Virus record (IMG/VR): IMGVR_UViG_3300009034_000007
Location: 1 to 64,000 of that record
From: a virus
DNA: 64,000 nt
Direction: 5' to 3' (one strand)
Numbering within the stretch: position 1 is the first letter of the stretch; the number at the start of each line of letters is the position of its first letter. This document shows positions 38,086 to 48,749 of this stretch, piece after piece. Below the pieces are notes generated by a model, which did not search any database, had not been told where the DNA came from, and saw only the letters and a program-made list of their open reading frames with translations. The translations under genes and the position numbers were made by a program.

Positions 38086-38288
38086 TCAAAATTATTGATG
38101 TTAATGGAAAAGAAAGAAATATTCTTTCGTATAAGCGAATTCTTCATGCTTCGCAGAATGGTATCACTGGCGAGGCTATTGATGAAGAATACGTAGAGGT
38201 CATGATTAAAGGAAAGTCAGGACGGGAGTGGAAAGAATGGTATCCGCTCTCAGATTTTGTTGAGAAAAATCCTGGTTTAGATGTCTAA
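38082..38288 (+). CDS. hypothetical protein
   Basis: 68-aa coupled ORF. Confidence 0.65.
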   Translation: MIKIIDVNGKERNILSYKRILHASQNGITGEAIDEEYVEVMIKGKSGREWKEWYPLSDFVEKNPGLDV

Positions 38289-38547
38289 ATTACGTTATAA
38301 GAGACAAGGACAATGTATTAGATGTGGCGTATGTTGTTTAACAGAAGGTAAAGATGGGGGGCCTTGTAAATATTTGAAACTGGCTGGTGGTGGTAAGCAA
38401 GCTAGTTGTTTACTTATCAATCATCCAGAACGTCCTCAAAAATGCAAAATATTCCCTCAAGCACCCCCAATATTAATAGATACCTGTGGCTATTATTTTC
38501 TTGATACGTGGGAAGAAGATAGAATAGTCAGAGTGAGGGAAGTCTAA
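38281..38547 (+). CDS. YkgJ-like CxxCxxCC metal-cluster protein (second copy)
   Basis: CIRCGVCC, PCKYL, RPQKCKIFP, CGYYF. Confidence 0.75.
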   Translation: MSKLRYKRQGQCIRCGVCCLTEGKDGGPCKYLKLAGGGKQASCLLINHPERPQKCKIFPQAPPILIDTCGYYFLDTWEEDRIVRVREV

Positions 38548-38548
38548 T

Positions 38549-40102
38549 ATGACAGTTACAGCAAGTGTTGATGGTTATAATTTTATAAATGGTTGTGAAG
38601 CGGCGGCAGATTGGACAGGTGAATCTCCTGCCGATGTAGCAGATTTCTTTAAATATGGAACTCAATGTGTAGGATTTGTATTTCGTGGTGTCGGTGATAA
38701 TGATTCATATATTACTGTTGCTGAGGATTTATCAGGAACAGCTCATCTTCGTTTTTGGTTTATGACAACTGCTATAAATGAACTAAATACGGACGCTAAT
38801 GGTGGAATTCAGGTTTATCTTAGTGATGGAGCTAATACTGGTTATTGGTATGTAGGCGGTAGTACGACTTATCCTGGTGGTTGGTATAATATTGTTGTTG
38901 ATTTATCAAGAGATGTAGATTCTGGTACTAAACCTACCATGACTGCTATTACTACTCTTGGGATTAGAATTAATCAAACAGCGGCTCCTAAAAACGTTCA
39001 AAATACCTGGATTGATCATATCTATGCAGGTAACGGTATTATATCTTACGGAGATGATGGGGGAAGTGCATATGATCTTGATGATATCTTAGCAATTGAT
39101 CAAAATACAACCTACGGATGGGGAATACTTAGAAAAATTAGTGGTATTTACTATCTCAATGGTAAGCTTATTTTTGGAGATGCGTCTGGTACAAATTCAT
39201 GTGAGTTTGCTGATGCAAGTGAAATTATTATTTTTGAAGATCGTAAGGTTAATGATGCTTTATATTCAATTACGGTGGTAGGAAATGGTACTGGTACAAC
39301 TAATTTTAAATTAGGGACTAAAGCAGGTACGGCTGGTGTTGAGGGATGTGTTATTAAAGCTGAAGGAACAAAAAAATACGATGTAATTTGTACGGATACT
39401 GATGTAGCTTATTTCAAACTGTACGGTTGTACATTCTTGGATGCCGATGTAATTCAATTACCGTTATATAGTTCTGGTAATCGAGAGATGTTAAACTGTA
39501 ACGTTGAAGCTTCGGCTCAGATTGAAGCATCGACATGTACAATTACAAATTTAAATATTATTACTGCGGATACGCGTGGAGTTCTTATTACGGGTGAAAC
39601 GTTCTATATGACGGATTCTGCATTAATAAACTGTCCGTCAGGAATTCACATTAATACATCAGGTACTTTTAATCTCGATGCCATACAATTTATTAACTGT
39701 GTGTGGGATATCGAAAATTCAAGTGCTGGTAATGTAATTATCAATAACTTACCTGGTTCTAATGCCAGTACTTATGTAAATACAGGTGGGGGTACAGTAA
39801 CAATTCAAACATCCGTTTATATTACTATCGATGTGGAAGATACGGATGGAAATCCGATTGTAAGTGGAAGGGTAGCAGTTTATAAAACTTCTGACGACTC
39901 TGAATTAATGCGGGAGTATACAACTGCGGCTGGACAGGCTCAAGAAGTATTTAATTATGTTGAAGATACAGATATCTATGTACGAATTCGGAAATCATCT
40001 GTAGGGGAAACGAGATATTATCCTTATAATACAACGGGTGAAATAACAGATGGTGGATATACCTTGACAGCCGTAATGATTGAAGATACAATCGTACAAT
40101 AA
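38549..40102 (+). CDS. probable virion fibre/spike protein (beta-rich)
   Basis: 517 aa, G/T/N/D-rich, beta-helix-like central part. Confidence 0.55.
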   Translation: MTVTASVDGYNFINGCEAAADWTGESPADVADFFKYGTQCVGFVFRGVGDNDSYITVAEDLSGTAHLRFWFMTTAINELNTDANGGIQVYLSDGANTGYWYVGGSTTYPGGWYNIVVDLSRDVDSGTKPTMTAITTLGIRINQTAAPKNVQNTWIDHIYAGNGIISYGDDGGSAYDLDDILAIDQNTTYGWGILRKISGIYYLNGKLIFGDASGTNSCEFADASEIIIFEDRKVNDALYSITVVGNGTGTTNFKLGTKAGTAGVEGCVIKAEGTKKYDVICTDTDVAYFKLYGCTFLDADVIQLPLYSSGNREMLNCNVEASAQIEASTCTITNLNIITADTRGVLITGETFYMTDSALINCPSGIHINTSGTFNLDAIQFINCVWDIENSSAGNVIINNLPGSNASTYVNTGGGTVTIQTSVYITIDVEDTDGNPIVSGRVAVYKTSDDSELMREYTTAAGQAQEVFNYVEDTDIYVRIRKSSVGETRYYPYNTTGEITDGGYTLTAVMIEDTIVQ

Positions 40103-40118
40103 TTAGGAGAAAAGAAAT

Positions 40119-41804
40119 ATGGCAATACAAGATGATTTTTCTATTGATTATGTGAATCTTAGAATTCACCACTCAGCGGGAGCTACTGTTTATACAAGTA
40201 ACCAGTTATATTCTTGGCTAATGAATGAATTCGATGAACTTGATCAAATGGATGATGTTGTTCCTATGAGTGCGGCTACTCCAACTGCTTACTCACTAAT
40301 CAATGGATGGTTCCTTGATTATGGAGATGGTAGTGAAGCACATAAATACCTAAGTGGTGGTGCTATTGAGTCCGTAGGTTGGAACAATGTTATTCTTCGT
40401 CTAGAGCTACAGTCAGGTGGCTATGTTAACTGTACATCTGGTGATAGAGGTAAAGAAGTAACCGACGATGCCGTGGCTGTTGGACCACTCGTAGCCTATG
40501 ATAATACAAACCGTGTTTGGTGGATTCGAGACACTGAAAGTCATGGGCAGATTGCTGATACATCAACTATGGATATTCCAACAGGTGATGGTAGTGGTAC
40601 TGCGGATGAGAACTCAGAGACAGGTGAAAACCTCTGGACAAACCTCTATACCCTTGGTACTCTTGAAGATAATCCAACGCTCTATATTACCAGGGATGAT
40701 ACCCGTATTACGGGTTGGTGGGGTGCAGATCAGATTGACATTATTATGCTTATCAAAGAAGCTGGTGTAGAACTTGGTGATAAACTGGCTGGTGGAGACA
40801 CTGGTTGGGTACAAGTTTTTGACCGTCAATGGACTGATCTTTGGGACTGGTTTGAAGTTGATCTCGGTCCTGGTGGTCGTCAGGCTGTACCTATGGCTAC
40901 GTTTGAGGACTTGAATAATACTACCGCAGAAGGTACTGTTGCTGGATGGACAGATGTTGTAATTAGTGTGGCTGGTCCATATTCCAAAGATATTGGTGAT
41001 GGTGGCGGCGCACAAAACTATGATTATAGTATTAACTGTGGTGGTCGTATTCTTAGTCAAGTTTATGAGCGTCTAAAGTATGTTACCAGAGATGGGGAAA
41101 CAACTCTTATCGATGGAGTTCAAGGTCAGCAATACGTGACTGTTGCTGGACAAGAAGGTACATATGCTCCAGTGAAACAGGCTCCGTTTGGAACCTTTGC
41201 TGGTGGTATTTTCTTCGGTGCAAGAGGTATTTGGATTGAAAATATGTCTGGTGGTGATACCGAGAATTATCAGTTGATTGATAGTAACGGCGTTACCCGA
41301 AGTCCTCCAACCCAAGCACCGATTACAGTTGTGTCCATTGTAGCTGGAGATCGAGTTCTAGTCGCCGAATCTACTGGTGAAGGTTTGACAGCAATTAAGA
41401 AAGACCAATATACAGTATCAGGGACAATTATAACTGGCTCGAACTTTATTCATATTACTGTACCAATTCCAGCCGATACTCCTGCATCTGGTTTCATTCG
41501 CGTAGTTGATGTGGGTGTTAGTGAAGAACGCTATCAATACTCTGGTTGGGCAAATTGGACTTTTGGTTTGCTTGAAAACACAACGAAAGAATACGTTGGT
41601 CCAATAGACACATGTTATGTTCCATATGTTGATAATGAAGCCATAAGTACAACTATAGTTCAGTCTCTTACCTATGATGATAACGCGTGGCTCGTTGCAC
41701 GAGTACGCAAATACGGTATTATTCCGTGGGAAGGTACTGGACAGCTAGTAACTGGTGGAGTAACCATCACAGCAAGTCGCATAACTGACTCTATAGCTGA
41801 ATAA
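40119..41804 (+). CDS. probable virion structural protein
   Basis: 561 aa, G/T/D-rich composition; late-region context. Confidence 0.55.
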   Translation: MAIQDDFSIDYVNLRIHHSAGATVYTSNQLYSWLMNEFDELDQMDDVVPMSAATPTAYSLINGWFLDYGDGSEAHKYLSGGAIESVGWNNVILRLELQSGGYVNCTSGDRGKEVTDDAVAVGPLVAYDNTNRVWWIRDTESHGQIADTSTMDIPTGDGSGTADENSETGENLWTNLYTLGTLEDNPTLYITRDDTRITGWWGADQIDIIMLIKEAGVELGDKLAGGDTGWVQVFDRQWTDLWDWFEVDLGPGGRQAVPMATFEDLNNTTAEGTVAGWTDVVISVAGPYSKDIGDGGGAQNYDYSINCGGRILSQVYERLKYVTRDGETTLIDGVQGQQYVTVAGQEGTYAPVKQAPFGTFAGGIFFGARGIWIENMSGGDTENYQLIDSNGVTRSPPTQAPITVVSIVAGDRVLVAESTGEGLTAIKKDQYTVSGTIITGSNFIHITVPIPADTPASGFIRVVDVGVSEERYQYSGWANWTFGLLENTTKEYVGPIDTCYVPYVDNEAISTTIVQSLTYDDNAWLVARVRKYGIIPWEGTGQLVTGGVTITASRITDSIAE

Positions 41805-41827
41805 TATTCTGAGAAGGGAGGAAAATC

Positions 41828-42535
41828 ATGGCTCTTAGTTTTGACTTCCAGAATACTATCATTGATATTAGTTCTCCGCAAGTTGAACTTGATGTTCAAG
41901 ACTTAGTAAATGCAATAAGAACTGTTGAAGCAACAGTTGAAGGTATTGCTTACCCTCACATACTCAATGCCTCTGGAAAAGAGGTTCTTGCAGACCCCGC
42001 TGGTGGGACTGTGAGGGTAAGTATTACCGCTGATATCCAGGGCGATTGGCAATTAAGATTTTGGGTAGGAGACTATACCGCAACCATTTATGGTGGAAAC
42101 TTGGTTGGTGGTCTTGGTGATGACCCTGTTGCTTATAGTGCTGGTGTTCAAGTTTTGCTAATTCAGTCGGCGTATGCTACTCTTGTTTCAACAGGTGAAA
42201 GTGGTTTGACTAGTGAAGAAAGTACGAAATTGTTATCGCTCGATACAAGTGGTATTGCTTCAGTTCAATCTGATGTGACAGATGTACTAACGGATATTGC
42301 GGCCTTGCAAGTTGACATAGATGCTCTGATAGTTTCTATTGAAGATGCTCTTGGTTTGATTGGTGAAAATGTTAAATGGAGTGGTATGGCATTTGACTCA
42401 AATAAAAACTTGATCTCGGCTGTCATAACACAGTATACGGATAACACATTAGTTACACCGCGTAAAGTATGGCAATTAACAGCTACATATGATGGTCAAA
42501 GTCGTATAACAAGTTATCAACTGAAGGAATACTAA
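41828..42535 (+). CDS. probable virion structural protein
   Basis: 235 aa with short coiled coil. Confidence 0.55.
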   Translation: MALSFDFQNTIIDISSPQVELDVQDLVNAIRTVEATVEGIAYPHILNASGKEVLADPAGGTVRVSITADIQGDWQLRFWVGDYTATIYGGNLVGGLGDDPVAYSAGVQVLLIQSAYATLVSTGESGLTSEESTKLLSLDTSGIASVQSDVTDVLTDIAALQVDIDALIVSIEDALGLIGENVKWSGMAFDSNKNLISAVITQYTDNTLVTPRKVWQLTATYDGQSRITSYQLKEY

Positions 42536-42708
42536 TGACCAGAGCAGATAATATTGCATCACATGGTCGAATTGGACGAGCCTCAGCCGTGACAATAATT
42601 TCATTTGGACGGCTCATTGAATCATGGCGAATAACTGTCATTGTTGAAGTTATGAGGCTTATGTCAGAAATTAAACGAACAATGGAACTTGTATCAAGGA
42701 TCAAATAA
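42535..42708 (+). CDS. small hypothetical protein (57 aa)
   Basis: Manual translation MTRADNIASHG...; TAATG coupling at both ends. Confidence 0.55.
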   Translation: MTRADNIASHGRIGRASAVTIISFGRLIESWRITVIVEVMRLMSEIKRTMELVSRIK

Positions 42709-42881
42709 TGGAACCTGAAGTTTTAGAAATGATATCACAGATAGATTTCACTATCGCAGGGCTATCAGCAGTAGACATGGAAATAGATGGGATGTCACAA
42801 ATTGACTCTCAGATTAACCTTGTCAGTAGTGTTGATACAACTGTTGAAATAGAATCTAGACTGGATTTGGAAGAGGTTTAA
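42708..42881 (+). CDS. small acidic hypothetical protein (57 aa)
   Basis: Manual translation MEPEVLEMISQID...; coupled. Confidence 0.55.
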   Translation: MEPEVLEMISQIDFTIAGLSAVDMEIDGMSQIDSQINLVSSVDTTVEIESRLDLEEV

Positions 42882-43160
42882 ATGAGCAAATTTTATGTAG
42901 GAGATGAACCACTTATCTATATCGATTGTGTAAATGATATCTCTGCGGCCAGCGAAGTCAAGATTCGGTATGAACGTTCTGATGGAACATCGGGTTATTG
43001 GGATGGTACTCCATTAGGTGCAACTCATATTACATATCAATGTCTAGCTACTGATCTTGACATAGGTGGTACGTGGAAATTCCAGGCTTATGTTGTAGTT
43101 GGTGGTCGAGTTTATCATGGAGATACAGTTGAACAACTGATAAGTACATTAGGCAAGTAA
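42882..43160 (+). CDS. BppU N-terminal-like Ig-fold virion protein
   Basis: YVGD...DIS.A..V.I.Y...DG..G.W...DLD..G.WKFQA. Confidence 0.55.
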   Translation: MSKFYVGDEPLIYIDCVNDISAASEVKIRYERSDGTSGYWDGTPLGATHITYQCLATDLDIGGTWKFQAYVVVGGRVYHGDTVEQLISTLGK

Positions 43161-43170
43161 AGGAGGACGT

Positions 43171-44082
43171 ATGAACGTTCTATTTGTGGGCGGGGGTAGA
43201 AGGATTGAATTAGCCAAACGATTCATAGCAAGGGGCTACAAGATATTTGCTTATGAGTTACATTCCAATGTTCCTATTAGTTCTGTTGCACGAATCGTTG
43301 AAGGTTGCAAATGGACAGATGAAGGACTTTCCGATCATCTTCTTGCAACTATACAAGAACATAATATTGATTTAGTGTTTCCCCTACAAGATGAAGCTAT
43401 TAGACTTTGTGCTGAATTATCTGATGTAGGAGCTAAAGTTGTAGCATCCAATCCTGAAACGGCTGATATCTGTTTTGATAAATTTGAATTTGAAGACTTT
43501 ATAATGGGAGTTCTTCCTAATGTCTATCCAGTAGATATTAGCCAGTATCCAAAGATTATAAAACCTCGGTTTGGCTTTGGGTCGCGAAATGTAAGAATTG
43601 CCAACAGTCTTACGGATATTATGAGATGGGAAAAGGAGTTAGGAGATAGATTATACCTTGATAATGTTATTCAAAGAAAAATAGAGGGCGTGGAATATTC
43701 GGTAGATTCATATTTTGATCGTGATTGTAAATGGGTACAATCTGTTCCTAGAACTAGAATACGAGTGGGAAGCGGAGAAGTAATTACTAGTAAAACAGTT
43801 TACAATCCAAAATTAAGATCGCTTACAGCACTGGTTGGTGAAAAATTAGGAATTCGTGGACCATCAAATACGCAATGGATTGTTGATAAACACGGACATC
43901 CATATATTGTAGAGGTAAATGCGAGATTTGGTGGTGGATACACACTCAGCATGGAAGCAGGCATGGATACAATTTCCTTTATTGAGTATGATTATTTTGG
44001 AATAGGAAAATCTAGAGTTATTCATCCAATTACCTATAATCTGCTCTTAGAAAGGAGCTATAGGGATCATTATTATGGATAA
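43171..44082 (+). CDS. carbamoyl-phosphate-synthase-like ATP-grasp protein (capsule-locus type)
   Basis: GGGRR, CFDKF, IKPRFGFGSR, EYSVD, EVNARFGGG. Confidence 0.85.
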   Translation: MNVLFVGGGRRIELAKRFIARGYKIFAYELHSNVPISSVARIVEGCKWTDEGLSDHLLATIQEHNIDLVFPLQDEAIRLCAELSDVGAKVVASNPETADICFDKFEFEDFIMGVLPNVYPVDISQYPKIIKPRFGFGSRNVRIANSLTDIMRWEKELGDRLYLDNVIQRKIEGVEYSVDSYFDRDCKWVQSVPRTRIRVGSGEVITSKTVYNPKLRSLTALVGEKLGIRGPSNTQWIVDKHGHPYIVEVNARFGGGYTLSMEAGMDTISFIEYDYFGIGKSRVIHPITYNLLLERSYRDHYYG

Positions 44083-44368
44083 TAAAAGGGTTGTATTTGA
44101 TATGGATGGAGTAATTTGTGAGGAAGTTCCTACATTTGATCGATCACTAGCTGAACCAAATTGGAATGTGATACATAAGATGCAGGACTTACGAGAGGCG
44201 GGATGGTTTATCATCATTTATACAGGCAGAGGATGGGCTGAATATAATATGACACAGGATTGGTTAGCTTGTCATGGTGTGCCGTATGATCTGTTGATAT
44301 GTGGAAAACCGCTTTATGATTATTGGATTGATGATCGAGCGTTTAGACCAAAGGATTTAACTTTATGA
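44075..44368 (+). CDS. HAD phosphatase (capsule biosynthesis BcbF-like)
   Basis: FDMDGVIC, YTGRG, GKP...IDDRA. Confidence 0.85.
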   Translation: MDNKRVVFDMDGVICEEVPTFDRSLAEPNWNVIHKMQDLREAGWFIIIYTGRGWAEYNMTQDWLACHGVPYDLLICGKPLYDYWIDDRAFRPKDLTL

Positions 44369-44883
44369 CGAGTCAGGAAAAAATACGGGAGATATTATTG
44401 GAAATTCTACCAATCTTGAACTTTAACAATATTAAATATTGGGTTGATTGTGGTACTTTACTAGGTATTATACGAGATGGTGATATCATTGAGTGGGATG
44501 ATGATGCTGATCTTGGTGTTTTGTACACTTCTGAGAATTGGAAAAAATTATTAATATGTATCAAATCTATTGATAAATTTATATTTGCACCAATGAACGG
44601 TATTCGTCCACGATTTTATTATACTGAACCTCGTTCACATGAGCCGTGGATAGATTTCTATGGATGGGTAGATAAAGAAACAGCAAACATGCAAGGACGA
44701 TATTCTAGTATAGAAACTGGTTTTCATCGAGGATTGTGGCCTTATAAAAACCATATAGGAACACCAGTAAAAATTCAGTGGAAAGGAATAGACATATTTA
44801 TACCACAAAATCCTGAAGAACGATTGATTCATTTATATGGCAAAAGCTGGAAAAATCCTATAAAAAAGATTCCTTACTGGTGA
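44365..44883 (+). CDS. LicD-family nucleotidyl/phosphotransferase
   Basis: YWVDCGTLLG.IRDG.II.WDDDAD, P.N.E..L...YG..W..P. Confidence 0.88.
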   Translation: MTSQEKIREILLEILPILNFNNIKYWVDCGTLLGIIRDGDIIEWDDDADLGVLYTSENWKKLLICIKSIDKFIFAPMNGIRPRFYYTEPRSHEPWIDFYGWVDKETANMQGRYSSIETGFHRGLWPYKNHIGTPVKIQWKGIDIFIPQNPEERLIHLYGKSWKNPIKKIPYW

Positions 44884-44887
44884 TTAC

Positions 44888-46168
44888 ATGGATAATTGGC
44901 AAGAGCATGTCAAAATTTTAACTGTCAATAAAACCTATCAAGTTCCTACACGTGGGGAATCCATTCTAGACCCTGCTGGTCGTGTATTTGAATTTGAAGA
45001 CGGAATTTATCGAGCTATTACGAAAGGATATGTTCCAACCGCTAAAGCTATTTTAGCTTCACCTGTGATAGATAAAATATTTGAGGTAGGATTAATTGAA
45101 ACTGAATTTTGTGACTTACAAGTAGACGGTTACGCCGCAGTTTTGAAGCATCGGAAGATTGATTTTCAATCACTTTCTTACGAGTGGTCGCCTTCTACGA
45201 TTAGGGATGGAGCTAAAATGGTAGCCGCTTTAGGGCGGATCCTCTATGAAAATGGATATAGTTATCGAGATGGGAATATGCCCAATGTTTTAATTGATTA
45301 TACTAATCCTAAATTTATAGATTTCACATCACTTTTAGCCATTGGAAGTCTTCCTAACAGTAGACGCTTAGAACCTCTAGATTTTCCGTGGGAATTCAGT
45401 GGAATTTATATTCACAATTGGTTTAGTTTACTATCAAAATATACATCAAACATAACAAAAGATGGAGCCTACTCTATACGAAAAGATTATATAAATGACG
45501 CTCTTAGTTTTTTTGACGCTATTGTTGATTATCTAGATAGTGCTGAATTTGAATATGAAACTACGGAGTGGCGAGGATATGGAGGAAGCAAATTTAATTT
45601 TCAAGATTTGAACCCAAAGCATCAAGCTTTTTATGATTTTCTTGTTACAATACAATCTGATCATGTTAATACTTTATTGGATATAGGAGGGAATAAGGGA
45701 TTATATAGTCTTGTGGCACAAGACTTAGGTTGGAAAGTGGTAAATTTTGATATTGATATTTATTCAATTATGCAGTTATATGAATATCTTAAAGGAACAG
45801 ATAAACAAATTTTACCGCTGGTTATAAATTTTCTAAGTCCAATGAAACGCATACGAGGGCTTCCATCCGCTGTCGAGCGATTAAAGTGTGATGTAACTGT
45901 ATTCTTAGCTCTAATACATCATCTATGTTTACGGCAAGGTATTATATTTGAGCAGATTATTGATCAACTTGATGCGTTTACTAAATACTATTGTATAGTA
46001 GAGTTTATTCCGCTTGGCGATAAGCATGTAGGGAACTGGGCTAAACCAAGTTGGTATCGGCAACAAAATTTTGTTGTAAAAATGAAGGAACGGGGATTTC
46101 AATTGATCAACCAAGCACCATCGTCACCATCACCACGAACAATGTTATTATTTGCAAGGAGTATATAA
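44888..46168 (+). CDS. NoeA-like SAM-dependent methyltransferase with kinase-like N-terminus
   Basis: DPAGRVF, SYEW, D....NV...P.FIDF, LDIGGNKG, LALIHH. Confidence 0.7.
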   Translation: MDNWQEHVKILTVNKTYQVPTRGESILDPAGRVFEFEDGIYRAITKGYVPTAKAILASPVIDKIFEVGLIETEFCDLQVDGYAAVLKHRKIDFQSLSYEWSPSTIRDGAKMVAALGRILYENGYSYRDGNMPNVLIDYTNPKFIDFTSLLAIGSLPNSRRLEPLDFPWEFSGIYIHNWFSLLSKYTSNITKDGAYSIRKDYINDALSFFDAIVDYLDSAEFEYETTEWRGYGGSKFNFQDLNPKHQAFYDFLVTIQSDHVNTLLDIGGNKGLYSLVAQDLGWKVVNFDIDIYSIMQLYEYLKGTDKQILPLVINFLSPMKRIRGLPSAVERLKCDVTVFLALIHHLCLRQGIIFEQIIDQLDAFTKYYCIVEFIPLGDKHVGNWAKPSWYRQQNFVVKMKERGFQLINQAPSSPSPRTMLLFARSI

Positions 46169-46467
46169 TGGATACGATAGGCGGGCTAATCGATAAGTTG
46201 ATTACAGTCGATATGAAAACGTGGTATGCTCAAGAGGATTTTTATAAAATCCGAAAGATGTCATACGATGAATTTAGAAATATTTATTTCAATGAAAAGG
46301 GAATGAAGGAATTATGGGAACAATTCCAAACAGGGATTGATCTCAATCTTCAACGTAATGTTATCATCGATGAGCTTGATCAAACTTTACATGAAATGAT
46401 GAAGGCCGTAAAGGAAGGAAAGCAGGTTGAGGGTAAATTCATTCAAAAGAAACATAAAACATACTAG
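46168..46467 (+). CDS. helical hypothetical protein (DUF4254-like)
   Basis: MDTIGGLIDKL...LNLQRN..IDELD; start at 46168. Confidence 0.55.
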   Translation: MDTIGGLIDKLITVDMKTWYAQEDFYKIRKMSYDEFRNIYFNEKGMKELWEQFQTGIDLNLQRNVIIDELDQTLHEMMKAVKEGKQVEGKFIQKKHKTY

Positions 46468-46478
46468 GAGAGGTAATT

Positions 46479-47042
46479 ATGTCACTGAGCTTAACTGCGG
46501 AAAATTTAAAAAATCACGTCCACACTCGAATTTTCTTTGAGACTGGAACTTTTACAGGGGGAGGAGTATCCGTTGCTAGGGCGGTAGGTTTTGAGAGGAT
46601 CATCAGTATAGAAATATACGAGCCTTATCAAAAAGCTAACATAAAACGATTTGCGGGTCTTCCTGGTATAGAGTTACATACTGGAGATTCTGAAGAACTT
46701 TTATGGCCTATTATAAAAGATATTAATGAACCAATTACGTTTTTTTTGGACAGTCATATAGTTGTACAAACAGGAAATGTGTCAGGTATTAGGGAGATTC
46801 CGTTACTTCAAGAACTTGAAATAATTAGCCGACACCCAATAAAATCACATGTCCTTTTGATCGATGATCGTAGAATGATGGGACATGAGACACATCCTGG
46901 TGGCTGGATTTCGCAGGAATGGACGGATATTTTGGAGGAGCATGTTATGAAATCTATTTATACCATTAATCCTGATTATAATATTTATTATGAGGATACG
47001 GTAAACGGTAAACAAGATTTGATAATTGCTAAAGTTCAATGA
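46479..47042 (+). CDS. class I SAM-dependent methyltransferase-like protein
   Basis: FFETGT..G.G, SIEI, GDS, FFLDSH, LIDD. Confidence 0.75.
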   Translation: MSLSLTAENLKNHVHTRIFFETGTFTGGGVSVARAVGFERIISIEIYEPYQKANIKRFAGLPGIELHTGDSEELLWPIIKDINEPITFFLDSHIVVQTGNVSGIREIPLLQELEIISRHPIKSHVLLIDDRRMMGHETHPGGWISQEWTDILEEHVMKSIYTINPDYNIYYEDTVNGKQDLIIAKVQ

Positions 47043-47671
47043 AACGAGCATACTTTGTGGTAGGACCAGAGAGTGCGGGAAATCGTATGATGACTCAAGC
47101 ACTTCTTGAAGCTAAAGATTTTGGGGCTGGAGGAATACCAATTGAACATTATGAAGATGGTAACATAGCCTATGAGTGGAATCCTTGGTGGGTAAAGAAA
47201 ACCGAAGAAGGATTTGTACAGGATATATTAAATAGCTTACTAACAGCTCCCGACGAAATTATTTTCTTTTTGAGTGTACCAAGAAAAGCTTGGCCTAACA
47301 AGGAATGGGTTCCAATAGCTCAAATTGTTCAGGCTATGCTGGATAAGAGTTATAAAGTTTATCCAATTGTAATGTCACGATTTTGGAAGTATGTAGCACG
47401 ATCACAGGTTACTAGAGGCCATGTTCCTACTTATGATTTAGCTAAAAGGTATGTCCGTAGAGCTTATCGTTATATACTTGATGAATTAGATTTAGTTAAT
47501 GTACCAATGTATTTAGTGGAGTACGAACAATTTGTTACAGAACCCGATTATCGTAGAGCTGTACTAAAAACGCTTGATGTTGATGGAGAACCACAAATGG
47601 AGTTCTTCAATGCAAATCTGAAGTATAAGGAAGGCGAGGATGATATCAATATACAGACCATATCTACCTAA
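47039..47671 (+). CDS. sulfotransferase-like P-loop protein
   Basis: VVGPESAGNRM, MSR......SQ, VEYEQFV..P. Confidence 0.5.
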   Translation: MKRAYFVVGPESAGNRMMTQALLEAKDFGAGGIPIEHYEDGNIAYEWNPWWVKKTEEGFVQDILNSLLTAPDEIIFFLSVPRKAWPNKEWVPIAQIVQAMLDKSYKVYPIVMSRFWKYVARSQVTRGHVPTYDLAKRYVRRAYRYILDELDLVNVPMYLVEYEQFVTEPDYRRAVLKTLDVDGEPQMEFFNANLKYKEGEDDINIQTIST

Positions 47672-48749
47672 AGGTATGTTTAAATATGCTTATGATGCGT
47701 TGGAATCTACATGGATTTCATCACAAGGTAAGTATATGAACCAAGTACCAGAAATGTTAGAAGAGGCATTGGGAGTAAAATATGCCTTGCTATGCAATAA
47801 TGGTACATCAGCTATGCATCTTGTAGCAAGAACCTTAAAATATAAATATCCTGATATCAAGGGAATCCTAGTTCCAAATAATGTATATGTTGCGGCATGG
47901 AACGCTTTTCTGTTTGATAAAGAATTTACTTTATATCCGATTGATGCTGATGTTTACACATGGAATGTAGACATATCAAAATTACAAGCTAATGCTGATA
48001 AGGCATATGCGATCTTATGGGTACATAATCTAGGAAATACAATCGATGCTCCACAAATGCGACGGTATTTTCCTGAACATGTGTTTGTTGAGGATGCATG
48101 TGAGGCTTTTGGTGGAACTTATCTAAATCGAGCGCTCCATGCAGGAACAGCATCATTCTGTTCAGGGTTATCATTTTTTGCCAATAAAAACATAACTTGT
48201 GGTGAAGGTGGAGCCTTTCTTACTAATAGTTTAGAGGCATATAAATATGCTAGATTGTTATGGGGGCAGGGTCAGTCGGCTACAAAGTTTATTCATGATG
48301 ATCTTGGTTACAATTATAGAATGACAAACGTACAAGCGGCAATTTTGCGTGGTCAGTTGGAATATGCTGTTGAGATCATGGAGATGAAAACCGAGGTTTT
48401 TAATCGATACTTTGAAGCATTTACGAAAGAACCTACTCTGCGAGTACAACAGACAATTGATGGTGGTACTCATTCATTATGGATGTATGGGGTGCGGATA
48501 CCTGGAAATCCTGGATATGATCGAGCTAAGGAGTTCTTTGACCGACATCATATTGAAACACGACCAATGTTCTATCCAATTACGCGTCATAAACATCTTA
48601 GTCACATTGAATGTGAAACGGACGTAGCAGAACTTCTAGCTCAGGAATGTATTGTTATCCCATCATATCCAGAACTTGCAATGGAAAAAGAAATACAAGA
48701 TTATATCATTAAAAAGGTGATAGAATATAGTAGGGAGGGATGGAGATGA
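47640..48749 (+). CDS. DegT/DnrJ/EryC1/StrS sugar aminotransferase (perosamine-synthase-like)
   Basis: WISSQG, NGTSAMHL, EDACEA, SFFANKNITCGEGG, GYNYRMTN. Confidence 0.92.
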   Translation: MISIYRPYLPKGMFKYAYDALESTWISSQGKYMNQVPEMLEEALGVKYALLCNNGTSAMHLVARTLKYKYPDIKGILVPNNVYVAAWNAFLFDKEFTLYPIDADVYTWNVDISKLQANADKAYAILWVHNLGNTIDAPQMRRYFPEHVFVEDACEAFGGTYLNRALHAGTASFCSGLSFFANKNITCGEGGAFLTNSLEAYKYARLLWGQGQSATKFIHDDLGYNYRMTNVQAAILRGQLEYAVEIMEMKTEVFNRYFEAFTKEPTLRVQQTIDGGTHSLWMYGVRIPGNPGYDRAKEFFDRHHIETRPMFYPITRHKHLSHIECETDVAELLAQECIVIPSYPELAMEKEIQDYIIKKVIEYSREGWR

